A DNA stretch of 64,000 nucleotides from assembly GCA_037447605.1 (NCBI GenBank), contig CM074811.1, positions 1,426,001 to 1,490,000 of the forward strand, given 5' to 3'. A program made the position numbers and the translations under genes. Source of the stretch: Zygnema circumcarinatum SAG 698-1b. Its lineage: Eukaryota > Plantae > Zygnematophyceae. The stretch's first letter is position 1. Each line of letters opens with the position of its first letter. Shown in pieces: positions 1 to 13,400 of the stretch. The notes under the pieces were generated by a model that worked only from the letters and a program-made list of their open reading frames with translations, did no database searches and was not told where the DNA came from.

Positions 1-3000
1 CTCCTCAATCCTCACAAGAAAGGTCCCCACTGTAATGGTGCCTTTCTGCAAGAGCCATACCAAAGCTTGACGTAAAACAAATTGCCGCACACATTTTCTC
101 AACAAAACTGCAAAACATCCAAGTTCAAGATAACTGAACATCCCGTGTGTAAGAGCCAGAGCAATAAGGTACCCGAAGGACCCAATACTCTAGCAAAATG
201 CATAGAGGGAAGTGTGCATAGGATAGATCTGTTAATTTGAAAAGTAGGACTCACCTCCACTGCAGCTTGGGCGGATGCCATGTCTTCAAATTCCACAAAT
301 GCAAAACAGGAATTTGTGTTCTGTGCCGTTCCACAGAGTTCTGCCGTCAGAAATAGTGGATCACATAACTAGACATTGGTGCCATCCATCAAACAGCTTA
401 CACTGACCTCAGCTAGTATACATGATGCTTTTTGGACGAAAAAATCCCTTTAACACCAAGAAAGCGACATCGGCATTTATGATAGACAAATCTGAAGACT
501 TTCCCAAGTATGCATATCAGATGATCATATAGACCTGTAAGTAATGCTCTTGCCAAGGTTGACAAGAAGAAATGAGATTAAGGAGTCACCTGCGCCTTCC
601 CCCTAATTTGGATGTGATTCAACTTAACGGTACCGAACTGTTGCACAATCTCAGCAAGGTCTGCGTTTGTAATCTGTAAGGGAAGATTCTTCAAGAAGAC
701 AGAACGTGCATCTGTTCAGATACAAACAACTAATTAGTAATGGAGCCAACCAAAAAGTAGAGTGTCCAAGGCAAAGTAATTCAACCTAAATTTCTTTCAG
801 AGGCAATTTGCTTCTTCGTAAATTTCTTTCATGAGCAATTCGCAGAACGTCAGGCACAAGAGCACAGACGAAGTCACATTCAGAAAAAGGCTTGTTCCCA
901 AGCTGTTCCTACATGTGCAGGTACGGCAGCAACCTAGCCACTTGGAATGAAAGAAAACATACCTCGTTCATTATACCGGTTCTCCTGTGGAGGAGCAGCA
1001 GCTGAACACCGTCAAATCGACAAAAAAACAAAGAAGGAACACCTAATTAGAAACCTTCATGCACTTTGTTTACGGCAAGAATGCTATGCAACAAAACAAA
1101 ACTCAAGCACATACATTACAGCAAGTTCAATTGCTACAAACGCAAGATTAGTTACAAGGGCTTGAATGATAAAGCGATAGAAACGAGGGGCACATGATTT
1201 GAGTCATGTTAGTTGTTGCCTCTTTCATCAACTGACCTTCAACCTCTGTAGTAGACGCATCTTCCAGATTCTCTTCAATAGGTACTGCAGCAGGAGTGGA
1301 TGGTGGGGGTGGTTGAATCGGAGCCGCTGCTTGCGGCTCTGACGAGCTCACATCTGTAGCAGGAAAAGGCGAAGCTCTGTTCGAGGCCTCGGCAGGCCTT
1401 GCAGGCGATGGCTGGGCCTGCGGCTGCTGTGGTAGCTGAATACCAGCCTGCTTCATGGTAAGCTGCGCAATACATGCATTTTGATCAGCGTCCCTGTTTC
1501 AAAAAAAAAAACTGATTAATACAGAGCCCCTCAGGTTGAAAATTCTTCCACTTACCACTGACGCATAAGAGAACTTCTTCGGCTTGTCTCCTGAGGCTTC
1601 TTCCTGCGCTATTTCAACTGTGGTGGCATCTGGCTCTGGAAGAGGCTGCTGCGATGGCACATCAACCACAGTGGCTGCCGTTTCTGTGTCCTGGATGCCG
1701 ACCTCTCCAGTCAACTCTTCTTCCACTTCAACGTACTCCTCTGCCTCCTCGGTCGGATTAAGTTCTGTCGGTTCTACCACCTCTGAAACATCTGTTTCAA
1801 CAAGTTCCTCCGGATGCTCGTCCACCATCACTTCGTGTACCACATGCTCCGCGACTGGCATTATTGGCACTGTGAGAAAGACAGGACAGAACGGCGAGGG
1901 CCTAAAGTGAATTTTAAGGACACACTCTTGCCTAAACGAGCCGTCTTTTAACGTGCGTATGACCATAGCTAAAATCAAAAGATGAAAGCTGGTCAAATCA
2001 TGCACATAGCAGAAGCACAGGTCACACTTTCACCTTGCAGACACACCTATACGTAAGTGCACACACAACCTGAATTGAAGATGTCAGGCTCTCAGAAATT
2101 GCGAAAAGAAACTTCCTTCGCCGCCATGGCATTCAGACTGTAAATTAACGATCTTCCTGTAAACATTCCTCTTGATGTTTCATTTCTTTTTCTTACCTTG
2201 CTCAGGCAAAACTGGTGTGGCCGAAATCTCACTAATGCCATTGGGAATATTGTTTGGAAGAGCATGCTTTACGTGCTGCGGTGCTTCGTCCAGGTATCGA
2301 AAGATATCATTAAGGACATAAAAGCCTTTCTCCTGGGGAGCGAGAAAAAAACTCTGAAGAAATTTCCGCTTGCCAACATCGCTCTCTGAGAGGGATCCGG
2401 TCACTATGACCAGCACACCACCGTTCAAAGACTGTTGAGAATCCACAGAGAGGATCTCTGCCCTCAAGTTGCCATAATCTTTTGACATCACCTTGTCATA
2501 GATTTTCTGCAACATCCAAGAAACAAAAAATAGCATCCATTTTCCTTTCAATATTCAAAGACCGGTTTCAAGAAGGTCCCTTGGAGCTCAAACTCTTCTG
2601 TAAGAGGACGGACTTCTGAGATTATGGACAACGACACTTCGTTTCTAAAACGTATGCCTGAAATTTTCCGAAATGACACCATCTCCGACAGAAACAAAGT
2701 ACGACACAATAACAATTCTTATATGCAAAAGGGATTGCAAAGTTGTAACCAAACTAATGCGGCTGTAATTTGCAGAAGTGCATGCAAAGCTTCTACAAAC
2801 CTGCTGCGTTGTGACCGTGTCCACGACAGCATACGGTCCACACTCCGCTCGCGTCATTTTGCTTGCATCAGTGTAGAATTTGTAGACGTGCTGTGGAGTC
2901 TCCCGAAGGACCCTATAGTATTGCTGGACGAAAGCATTGCCCACCTACACAAGCCAACGCTGAATCAGGCTTTGCTTGCGGATTCTTGACAGCATTTCAG

Positions 3001-3078
3001 AGGAAGCTATCAGAGCGCGACATTTACCCGATCAGCGTCGTAAAGAGGTAGCGAAGTTTCTGGTGGAGCTGCCATCAT
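1..3078 (-). CDS. G3BP-like protein (NTF2-like domain + acidic/Pro-rich linker + RRM); multi-exon, 3' end lies beyond the window start
   Basis: ATG at 3078 (MMAAPPETSLPLYDADR). GT-AG spliced exons give VGNAFVQQYYRVL (~2944), VIVTGSL...RKFLQSFFLAPQEKGFYVLNDIFRY (NTF2, 2200-2507), KPKKFSYASV, DARSVFLKNLP (RNP2, ~590-714), CFAFVEFED (RNP1, ~258-321) and KGTITVGTFLVRIEE (1-47). Confidence 0.9.
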
Positions 3079-4580
3079 TGGAGCTTTACTTTCCGTTGCT
3101 CTCTGCATGAGTGGAAGCACGCAGGCAGCGTCAGCGCTTAGGATGCACAAAGCTCGAGCTGAATTCTCCATAGCAACCGCTCTTCTAGACTTTCAGCAGC
3201 AAACCTCGCGACATGTCACCCCACAGACAAACGCGTAAACCCTCAATCAGCAAGCTCTCACGCTCCTCACATCATCGCATTTCCTGCCAACAGCCGCCCT
3301 CTATGGCGACAGCCATCTGCGGGAGGAGCAGATGACAAAAGCGACCTAGTTCTGCAGAGACTATGGACGCTATTCACGAAATATGACCCAACAACGATCC
3401 AGAGGGTGGCGGAGTTACTCGAAAAAATGGCTGCCGGATGCCACCAAACAGGCCTTGCTGCGCACCCTCTAAGCGCGGTAGGAGCAGGCAATTGGGAGAG
3501 GGAGGGAGAAGAGGAGGGTGAGGGAGAGGGAGAGAGAGGAGGGAGGCGGCCGGGGAGGGGAGGGAGGGAGGGAGGGGTTTGCAACCCGAAATCTGCTGCA
3601 CGCGGGAAAAAAAGGGGCACGGAAAAAATTCGCAAACCAGAATAACCCATTGCGAAAATAGAATACAAACAATATTTAGAATACGTACTAATCAAAAGGC
3701 TGGGCAGTGAAAACCAAGTTATCAAATGTGTCTAAAGAAGTACTATCTCAGAAAGTACATTTTGGCTGAACTAAATTTGAAAAAACTCCAGTTCGACTTT
3801 TTTCCTTTTTTCTTGATTTTTTTCTAAATGCGGTTCACTTCAAATGTGGGCACGTTCGGTGACGGCCGCCTCCAAGGAGGACCCAAATGGAAATATTTTT
3901 TTTCCCGCCCTTGGCGTCGCCCTGGTTCGGAGTCCCACGAGGTTTTGCTTACGTCATGAAAATTTCCTTAGATCGGAGCCAAAGGGGGTGTCGACCTCAA
4001 GATGACGTCACCTCCACATGTGGATCCCTAGTGGATCCGGGGCCTGCCATTTGATTCCCACGGGTGGAATCAGCTTGGCAGTTGATCTGTTGATCTGAGG
4101 TACACATGCAGGCACAGGGCAGGAACTGAAGGGGAGGCTGATGAAGAAGGGCCCCAATTTCGCCGCTAGAAGGCCTGTGTTAGTTCTTGCTGGGCTTTCT
4201 TTCTGCAGCTATACACATATGGGGTGAAGAAAATGCTTAGTCTTTGTGAATATATTTTTCTTTGGTGAGCGTTCTTATCACATTCCAGTCCTTCAAAGGC
4301 ATATAATGCATAAGATCAAGCCGGCGAAGCCCAGACATTCATCACCAGCACAGCACACAGCTTACAATACAGTCTTATGTCCACTATACAATCTAGCTGC
4401 TGCCATCCCTCTGAAAGGTAGCCTATGTTACAGGGCTATGACAGCATCACCAGAGTTTTAAAAAAGGCAAAAGCATGTCTCCCCCTCCCCCCTCCCATGC
4501 AGCCATCTCTTGGTCTCCTCCTCCTCCACCTTTTACAAAGCTACATGAATTACAAGGTTGGTTCAAGCCGGCATTGACAT

Positions 4581-6693
4581 TTACAGTGCTGCCAACAGAT
4601 GGCCCTCCCCCTCCTCCGCCCTCTTGTGCGGAAGGCGCACTTTGAAGCACTCAAAATGGTTGGTGCGGATGAAAAGGCAGCGGCCCCTGAAGCAGCCCCA
4701 TCGAGAGTCCAGTTGGGGGCAGGCGCTGAAGAAGAGGGACCCATCGGCGGCCTCTGCCACATCCGCGTCAGTGAAGAGCACGCACTCGCTCACTGCCTCG
4801 GCAGCCAACAGTTTCTCTGCTGTGATCAAAGCCTGAAAGTTGAAGGAAGACAGATTGCATCAGAGTCTGCTCACTTCCTGCTCCTATTTTGGACATAAGA
4901 AAGCACAGGAGGCGGCATGGCAATGAATATAAAGCCAAGGAAAAACGAGGCAGGCAATAATCACACAATCGAATAAAACAGTAAACAGCAAGAACAGCGT
5001 CCACCAGCTGAACAGAGGTCAACCGTTCTGTGACCCCTCACCTGAATCTGCTTTGCAAATGCAGCAAAGTGAGGATCAGTTAAAAGCAAGTTGAGGAGAA
5101 CTGCATCATTAAGGCACGCCTTGGCGCCCAAAACCGGCAAAAAATAAGTCTTGTTCAGAAACGTGAGCTCCACTCCTAATGTCGATGGGACAGACGTAGG
5201 GTCGCCATAGATGCCCACACAGACCTCCCCAAATTCTTTTATCGTTTTGCACTTTACCCAAAGGAGGCTAGGGTCCTGTAAGGCCTGCAAATTCACTTCC
5301 CTAGAAGGCTCTCCTTGCAGTATGGCAGTATTTGTAAATGCTCCATGACCTTCAGGATACTCCCTTGATAGAACCCTGCAGCACAACATGAAGCCATCCC
5401 TCATATGAGCAAAATGCATATGTGAAGCGGAGTTTGATAATCAAAGCAGAGCTCTGCTCTAATTCTGAAGAGTCCGATCCACAGGAAGATTGACCTGACC
5501 AGAGGGAGACTAAATCAACATTTCAAGAATGAATAACAAGGCTATATGCAGAATTATATTGCAAGCCACGTTCAGCAATCAAAAGTACATGCTACCCTGA
5601 GCTCATGGTTCAAGATTCTGTTATAGAGGCAAGCCAAGGTTGGAGCACGAAGGTTGAACCCAGCCTTCTCTGGGTAAAGTGCAAAATAATGAAAGAATTT
5701 GGAGAGGCCTGTGTGGGCATCTATGGCGACCCTTCCTCTGTCAGTTGTAGAGCACTGAAATCCCAGCCTTTCTAAAATCTTGCACACATATTAGATTAAA
5801 TTTAGAGAGATTCCGCTCCTTCTGCACGTTCACATGCTCGAATAGGTAGGCTTTCGTAAAGTTATGCTGAGGTAACCAAACGATGCCAACAGTGCACAAC
5901 AGAAGTACAAACTTCTGCAGGAAGAGTGATCCGTCACTGACCAGGCATACCCCTGACCTACGCTTAACAATATTACAGGACAGCCCTGAAACAACAAGAG
6001 ACAACAATAGAGGCGATGAATGATTCACGCGGCAAAGGCATCTTCAGCGAACAGAAGGGCCTTCCCGCTGCACTGCACTGGTCGTGAAACTCTGAATTCA
6101 GCTCACAATGGGCATAAACTGTGGAGTATTCGAATGCATTTCCTGCTGATTTTTTATCGTCCACTAGAACAACACACTCAAACCAACACGATAATCCTTA
6201 AAGTTTATCTGCCGGTTTAAAAGCCAAGGAATGTTGTTTTGCTGCTCCTTGCAAATTGGCAGCAGCTAACCTCCCAGCAAGTACTCGCTAAATCCTATAC
6301 GCAAGCGATAGCTGTCTTGCAGCTACTGCAGCTGTGGATCTCTCTTCGACCGGACACAGCAAAACAGTGGACCTTACTACTTAATGGCAATCATAGAACG
6401 AAAAGGAACTTGTGTCTCTGAATTGCAGACAGAAAAATGAACAAGAAAGCAAAACAAGACGCAGGGAACCTTAAGCACCTGTCATCTACTTGCAAACATT
6501 CTGCTCACAGATTTCAGCCGTAATAGGATTCAACGTTTTTTGTCTGTAAGCAGCCACAGAGAAGAAAATTCCAAGTTTACAGAGCCTATTTAGGCGCCGG
6601 AAAAGAGAGGGTTATGCAAAGTCACCTTCCTTCGCCGCTAATAACGAGTAGAACAAGCATAAACATCACCATGAATCCTAAAGCTCCCGCCAT
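4581..6693 (-). CDS. Uncharacterised multi-exon protein with an N-terminal signal/TM segment; exon structure only partly resolved
   Basis: First exon MAGALGFMVMFMLVLLVISGEGR followed by a GT donor. ORF segments at 4961-5419 and 4581-4829 have plausible splice boundaries. No family recognised, and the middle exons could not be joined confidently. Confidence 0.45.
5190..5742. repeat. Imperfect inverted repeat; arms ~5190-5276 and ~5657-5742
   Basis: +5199 gggtcgccatagatgcccacacagacctccccaaattcttttatcgttttgcactttacccaaaggaggct matches the reverse complement of 5662-5732, gggtcgccatagatgcccacacaggcctctccaaattctttcattattttgcactttacccagagaaggct. Confidence 0.85.
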
Positions 6694-7101
6694 GGCTACC
6701 TACAGACAGCTCCAGTCTCCTCCTCTCTTCCCCGCTAACGCCTTACAAAATGAGCTATCGGACTTCACGAATTCTTACGAACAAGAAAAATTTGGAAGTA
6801 CTCCGCCGCAGCAGGTTCACGATTTCGTCGGAGTACACGTTCTTATCTCAAACTTAGGAACACCTTTTAAGTTTGGCACCCCCTAATGTGCGCTCATGTT
6901 CTCTCTCTCATCAAGCAGCTCATCATGCTTCGTCGCTGAATTGGTTTTGTACGAAGGACTCTTTTGCAAGCGAAATTTTTTATGAAGGTAGGAGTGAGCG
7001 CTTAGCATTCGGAGTTCAAGTCCTTGCAGACTGTAGGAGCTTATGGTTCTCTGGTTCATTCAAAAATACGTGTTGCTTGGGACTGTAAATGAAGGACTGT
7101 A

Positions 7102-9135
7102 ATGGTTGCGACTGATTGTATGAATGCAGCTGCTCAGCTGGCAGTAAAACTGTCTCTGCCCTCTCAGAGCAACGTATTTCAAGCACAAAGCTTGACCATC
7201 AGGAGAAGCGTTCCAGGACTTGGCTGCTGCAGAAGTGCATTGAAGGGTTATCGGTTAGTCGTTGTCTTTCCTGGAAGGAAAATCACCTCAATGGCGACAG
7301 CACCTGACGCCGGCGAACAGGATGACAAGAAAAAAAAGATGTTGGAGATGTACGAGTCCATGAAGCTTAAGCTTTTCGCAGAGGTGAGAATAATGCTTTC
7401 CTTTATCTGGTCCTTCGTCGTCATGACCAGAACACGTGTTTAAACAAATGTGACAGTGCTGTTCTATATGTTCTTGGAAATAATTTGAGGAAACTTTTTA
7501 GAAAGTCCTTCTGCACTTTTGCAGTTTTTGAAATATGGCCTTGCAAAGCAAACATGGTGGCCACAGCAGATGGTATCAATAGCAGTGTGATTTGCGCAAT
7601 CACCATACGAAGAATCTTGAACTGTGGCGTCAAGGAAAGAAAGGGCCGATACATTGAAAAAAACCCAGGTGCAATCCCTTTAGTACCTGTTTGTTTTTCC
7701 AGAACAGCATTATTAGCGTCCAGACATCTAACAGACAACAATTCACCACTCATTGTGGGATATTGATCCAGTATTTTGGATTTGCAGGTCCCTTCTGTAG
7801 ATGTACCGACCCTGCAGAAGATGCTTGAGAAAAAGAAACGAGGGGAGGAGAAGGTGGTCGTTGTCGATTGCCGCACGAAAGATGAGGCACAAGTGTCAAT
7901 GATTCCAGGTGGTACACTATGGGAGAGAGACTTTGAAAAGCGCATGAATGAGTTTCAAGACCATACGGTGGTCTGTTATTGGTGAGTACACCGATGCTTC
8001 CTACAGAAGCCTTCAGGTGAGCGATCAAAGAAGTTCTTCACTATATAGACGTTTTGAGAAAAGAGAGTGCATCGTCGTAGAAAGCAGGTGGGGCTTACGG
8101 CACTTGGGAAAGCAAAAAGTTACTTGGAGTTTGCCGAGCAGGTAGGCGAGCAAAAACTTGGCACAAGTGTAGCAGCCTCTTTCCTTAACGAGGATTTTTC
8201 CATATCCAACGATGACTTTGAGGCTGGAACGGAATCATAGCCTTGAATGTGACCTCACTGAGTCCAAAGATACTCGTGTTTGTCCCCATATGAAAAAAAG
8301 ATAACGAGGAAGCTGCGCTTGTCGTATCCTCCGAGGCCTTAAAAACGATGGAGAGGGGCTGGGGCGGAAGGAGAGTGCGAGAGTTAGAGGTGACTCAGTT
8401 GCTGTAATTGCTATATAGCTTAATTTTCTTCGTCAATACCTAAGGCGGCGAAGACTCTCCTACCTAGCCTGTCGTTGATTATGCAATGCTATCTGTGATG
8501 TCGTGCAGCACAATTGGATATAGAAGTGGAAAATATGCGCAAGACTTGATTCGCCAGAAGTTTGATGCGAGAAACTTAGATGGGTCCATCTTGGCGTGGA
8601 CACATGAGGGGCTACCGCTCACAAAACATTACGATACGGAGAAGGGCAGCGGGGAAGCAGAGGAGCAGGGAGAGGACGTTACCAATAAGATCCACGTCTT
8701 CAGCAAGGATTGGAAGCTGCAGGCCTCTGGTTACGAGCCTGTATGTATTTCTAAGCCTTTCAACCATCCTTGTACTTTTTATGCAATATTAGGAATGATT
8801 TATCGTGTCTGAAACCGGCATAACGGTCTGTCGGTCTGTTTTTTCGTCCCGGTGTAATTTTTTTACCACCTGGTCAACAGGGTGTATTAAGGAGAAACGT
8901 TATGAGGTAGGCAGTTACCACTCTAATGATGGTGAAAATTTTGGAAGTGTGCTTCTCTGTGAGAGTGTTTGTAAGAGCAGCTGCAGATGTCCTAAGGAGA
9001 CTTTTTGTGGAGCACTCATTGCAGGTATGGTTCGAGAAGCTTCCTCTTATTTCGGTTGCTTGGCAGCAGATCCGCCTCATGGTGCCATTGTGGCTGAGGG
9101 GGAAAGGTTCTTCAACCAACTCTGAAAGCACATAG
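7102..9135 (+). CDS. Rhodanese-like (sulfurtransferase) domain protein, probably organelle-targeted
   Basis: Exons 7102-7383, 7788-7981, 8509-8740, 9025-9135 splice in frame. Motifs VVVDCRTKDEAQVSMIPG, active-site loop VVCYCTIGYRS, NLDGSILAW and GYEPVWF. The N-terminus resembles a transit peptide. Confidence 0.88.
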
Positions 9136-10454
9136 CAGAGTCCCCATTTTATGCCTTTCTTTCACCATCATGTCGCTCTCTTCTAATTCGTGCCCTGCAA
9201 GGTGACCGAGTCAAGGCCGCTTTTACGCGATAAAAGCTTAAAGCTTTTGTATGCATGTTTTTGCTCATCAAGTCTTGTGTCGTATGAATTGGCTTTTGAT
9301 CAGTTCTGGTCCTGGTTATCTGTTCTTTGCCTGCATCAAAAGAGCAAGAATCCCTATCGTGGCCTTTTCAAGTGTCACGACGTCAACGCAAATATAGTAA
9401 AACCCTTCTACGGCCGCCTCTCCCTGCAATAGAATGTGGGATCCTATGCTACAGAATTCTCTTTACTGACGGGATGCTTCAAGAAGCTCCTCTGAAGGGC
9501 AACGCTCCGGTTTTCAATTTTCAAAGTGCAATTAGAGAGTGGGCGGGGTTCTATTCTACACGTTCATGGCACTGGTGTAGATTGCTTTTGTGAGAGAGAT
9601 ATTTGATTTCCCTACTTGTACTGTTTGTGATAGCGCACGCAAGTTAATATTTGCTGTGTATTAACATTGCCAGCACTATTGAGGGCAAAGTAGAGGCCCA
9701 TAAGTTCAACAGTTATGAACTATCGCCGATTACAGATGCTTGGAGCAGAAATGTAGGATGTGACGTGTTGCAAACGAGGGAGTTGAATCATTGGACGTGC
9801 CTCTTGAAGTGCAGGCAGATTCGATAAAATGGACTTCAAAAATGAAATAAAACGGGTCCATATGAGAAATACTCTAGTTTGAAACGAGAGTATCTGAGGC
9901 TCGCAAGCTTATCTTGTGATGGCTTAGAATTGGTCTCGGAAGTCGGATTTGGAGATGCATAATTGGACAAATACTTTGAACCATGCTGAAGCCTCCCAAC
10001 GTCCTCAGTTTCACTTTCTCCCAAGGCTGCTGCTGCCGAAGTAGGGGATGGAGCAGGTATGGAGGGATAAGACGTCCTGAAACTCCACATAACACCTTCA
10101 ACGTCACTTGGTGTACACGCCTGCATTGTCCGACCAAAACTTAAACCCCACGTTGAAAACCCTAAAATACAGTGCACAGAGAAAAATGGAGCTAGCTACT
10201 CGCATCAAGATCGGGGCCCAGTTGCATCCCTGTCGCGGCTGCCGCTTGAACGATCAGCCAATGGCAGCTCATTCTTTCCTTTCTGTTTCCTGCCCTGTCG
10301 CGCCTCACTCTGCACATTCACACGGGAGGAGAGCAGTCAATAACTGCTGCACTAACGTTGCAATTTCGGCAGCAGTGGTCCAAATTGGAACAGCTGCAAC
10401 TTCCCTTATTTGCTACAAAGAGAAAAAATTACATGCCGTACGTGGAACGATGTT

Positions 10455-13400
10455 TCAGGAGGTAGAACGGGCAGTGGCAGTCTAGTCCTCTGCAGCACCA
10501 TCACGTCAACGCGGATGCCCTGCACCCCTCGCCATTCCTCACAAAACGTACCTTACTAAGGTGCTTAACATCAGCTAGACACAGCATCAGCCTGTGAACA
10601 TCCATGCGAGGAGGAGAGCACCCCTCCTTCACAAAGAAGGTCCTTTCTTGTTCTTCTTCGGACTTGCTACTCCCTTTGCTCCCTTGCCTCATTGAATCAA
10701 AATTTCTCAGTCAGAATGTTCAAAAACAGCAGACCTCCATGTCCACGTGCAGATGCTGAAGCAGAGTGAGATAGTCCTTCAGTGCACCGAACAGCGCCTG
10801 CTTCATGGTCTTGCTTTGGGCCATCAACACCGCCTTTCCTGCACTCCACATGCCGCCCAAGGCTGCTCTATGGACTTACCATATACAAGTGACAATGCCC
10901 ACTCAGTCCCCAGTTCTACTTATGAACATAGTACTCGAATTTGCTATTAACTCGTGATTCGATTGTATGAAGTCTTCTCAAACGCTTCTTTCCACAGTCA
11001 TTGCGATTGAGGAGACAGCATAAAGACTGAGGACTCACCTACTCCTAGAGGAAGAATCCGCGCAATCTGGAGATGCCCCAAAGAGATCGTACCGAGCACT
11101 GTGAAAATGCTGTGGACAAGGCTTTTAGGTTGCGCAAATTTGAACTGGTTTTCCTGTACTAGATAATCTATGGAAAGCAGAGGGTGGATCAGATTGCCCC
11201 CCCACCCTTCAAGCCACAATTAAGGGGATGAAGGACTTAAGCTGTGGCTTATGCTGATCTTTATCTCAACCATTCTTCTCCTTTATTAAAAAGCTTGCCC
11301 TTTGGTGAACTCTACTTCCAGCAATAGGCTTGGATACAGAAAGTTATCACTTACCTCTCGTAGAACTCGAGGACATAGCTGTTCTCTCATGCGGAAGTTG
11401 CCTGCACTCACAGCCACACTCTTCGATCAACAGGCAGAAATTGTGCTAACTTGTTCCGCTCAGACTGAACTTTTTAACTCCAGACTCTCCGTTGAGCTCT
11501 ACAACTCATTGCTCAGTAGTAGAAATATAACCCTGTAAAATGGTCATTGTTCGGTTATTCTACAGCCAATGCGGAGTTCTCACACTATCATCGAAAGAGA
11601 TAACTGCTGAGGACTTCGTTCAACTCGGGAAAATCTAAATCTACATTAGCTAGGCAATCTCGATTTCTCCCTTTGGATGAATAGCGAGCATCTGGGAAGG
11701 TCCATAATGAGAGAAGCCAGTCTTGACCCTTGTAGATAGTTGCTTTGTATGATGAGGGGCTCAGAACAATTGCTCAACCAAGAGTGTGGCATTCCTCGTC
11801 ACATCACCATCGAAACATCCAATAGTGGAGAGAATTTAACTAGAGATCTGGCGAAGGCTCACCACATCTGACGCCGAATGGCATGTCGCAGATGATGCGA
11901 TCAATGCAGCCATCTCTAAGAGGGAGATGGCAAGCATCCCATAGCGCAAAATCGCATCCCGTGGAATTTCGCGAACCCTGCACTGCCATGCATTTCAGCT
12001 CCTTGTCAGCACATGCAAGTTGGTTGGCATTGGCTCATCGCTGTTCCAATTCCTTGAGAGTTGAGAGTTGAGAAATGAGACAACTCCAGGGAATGCAGAA
12101 AAGCTAACAGTTCGCTTCCCTATCACAAAGTCTGCTTCTACGGCTGTAACCCCTTGTATTGAAAGAGTACTTAGAATTGATGCTTGCTTCTTGCCTGAAT
12201 AAATGCATTCCCATTGGTGTGAGCAGCTTCCACAGCACTTCCATCATTGTCTCCTCCCCAAGCAACCACGGAACTCTTTAGCCACTCCGCTGTTTCTAGC
12301 GGAATAGTGCCTCCTCCGCACCTGTATTGGATATTGCAGGCAGGAGAAGGAGAGAATTTCCGTGTAATTAGACGATATGATTGGTCAAGGTATACAAACT
12401 GTTACAGCTCCCATGCCTAGCCATCGATACTCTTACTGTATTGATGCCAGTCATGTTCTGTTCACGCTACTTCACTACTTTCCTTTGTCCTTCAGCCTTA
12501 TGTTTCATGTGTTCTTCTCCGTGCCCACTTTCTGCACGGGCTCGATCTTGCCCTCCCTACCTTCCTAAAGAGAACCCATATAGGCAATAAGCTCCCTGTA
12601 GTCAATTCCTGCCGTAAGAAACTCACATTGGGTCGAGCACTGTGTGGCCCTCACGAATGTCCGCGAGCTGAAGGAGAGCATACGCAGTGCTGTGGGAGGC
12701 AGCCCCCATATCATGACACAAAAAAAAAGCATCAGCAAGAAAGTACAGCTATCAGCTCACCACTCAGCTCACTGACTTCAGTAGAAAGAGTTGACCCACC
12801 TTGGCTTCAGTGCTGTCCGTACAAGGGCTACACGGTACACTCTCCGCGCATAGAGCTGCCCGCCCAAAAGAAACACACAAGGTGGGGAGGATGTCTCGGC
12901 AATTGCATGATAGAGGGGATTGACCTATCTGCATTCATCTTTTGCAAGCATTGAAGGACTGGTCGCTGTGCTTTGTGCATTCTCCCCTTCATGAAGGACT
13001 TGAAGCGAGAGAGTGAGTAAAGAACACAAAGCAGGGGGGGAAAAATGAGTGTTCTCATATTTACTGACGAACCAATAAGCACACACATGTGCTGTAAGGT
13101 CCTGATCTGGTCTGTGCCTACAATCAACAACATGTGAACAGCTGAACACAAAGAAACAAATCATATATGTGATTGAGATTTTAGCAGCGGAGTTACCTGC
13201 CGGTCTGCATGATGAGCCTTTGCCTGAACCCCATTGCCATTGTCCTTCCAAGCTCCCTTCACTTTCGCCTTCTTCTTTTCCCCTCCTTCAGTCCGCTCTT
13301 CTGTTACCTCACTACTTGCAAGACAAGAATTCTCTCCTTCCTTTTGCACCACTCCTTCTGCTACTCCTTCACTACAGCCATCGTTTGTTCTGCTCTTGCT

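Noticed and set aside
9836-10177. ORFs downstream of the THUMP gene as extra exons or a separate gene
   Set aside because: The THUMP protein ends convincingly at 10455, and these ORFs have no recognisable motif.
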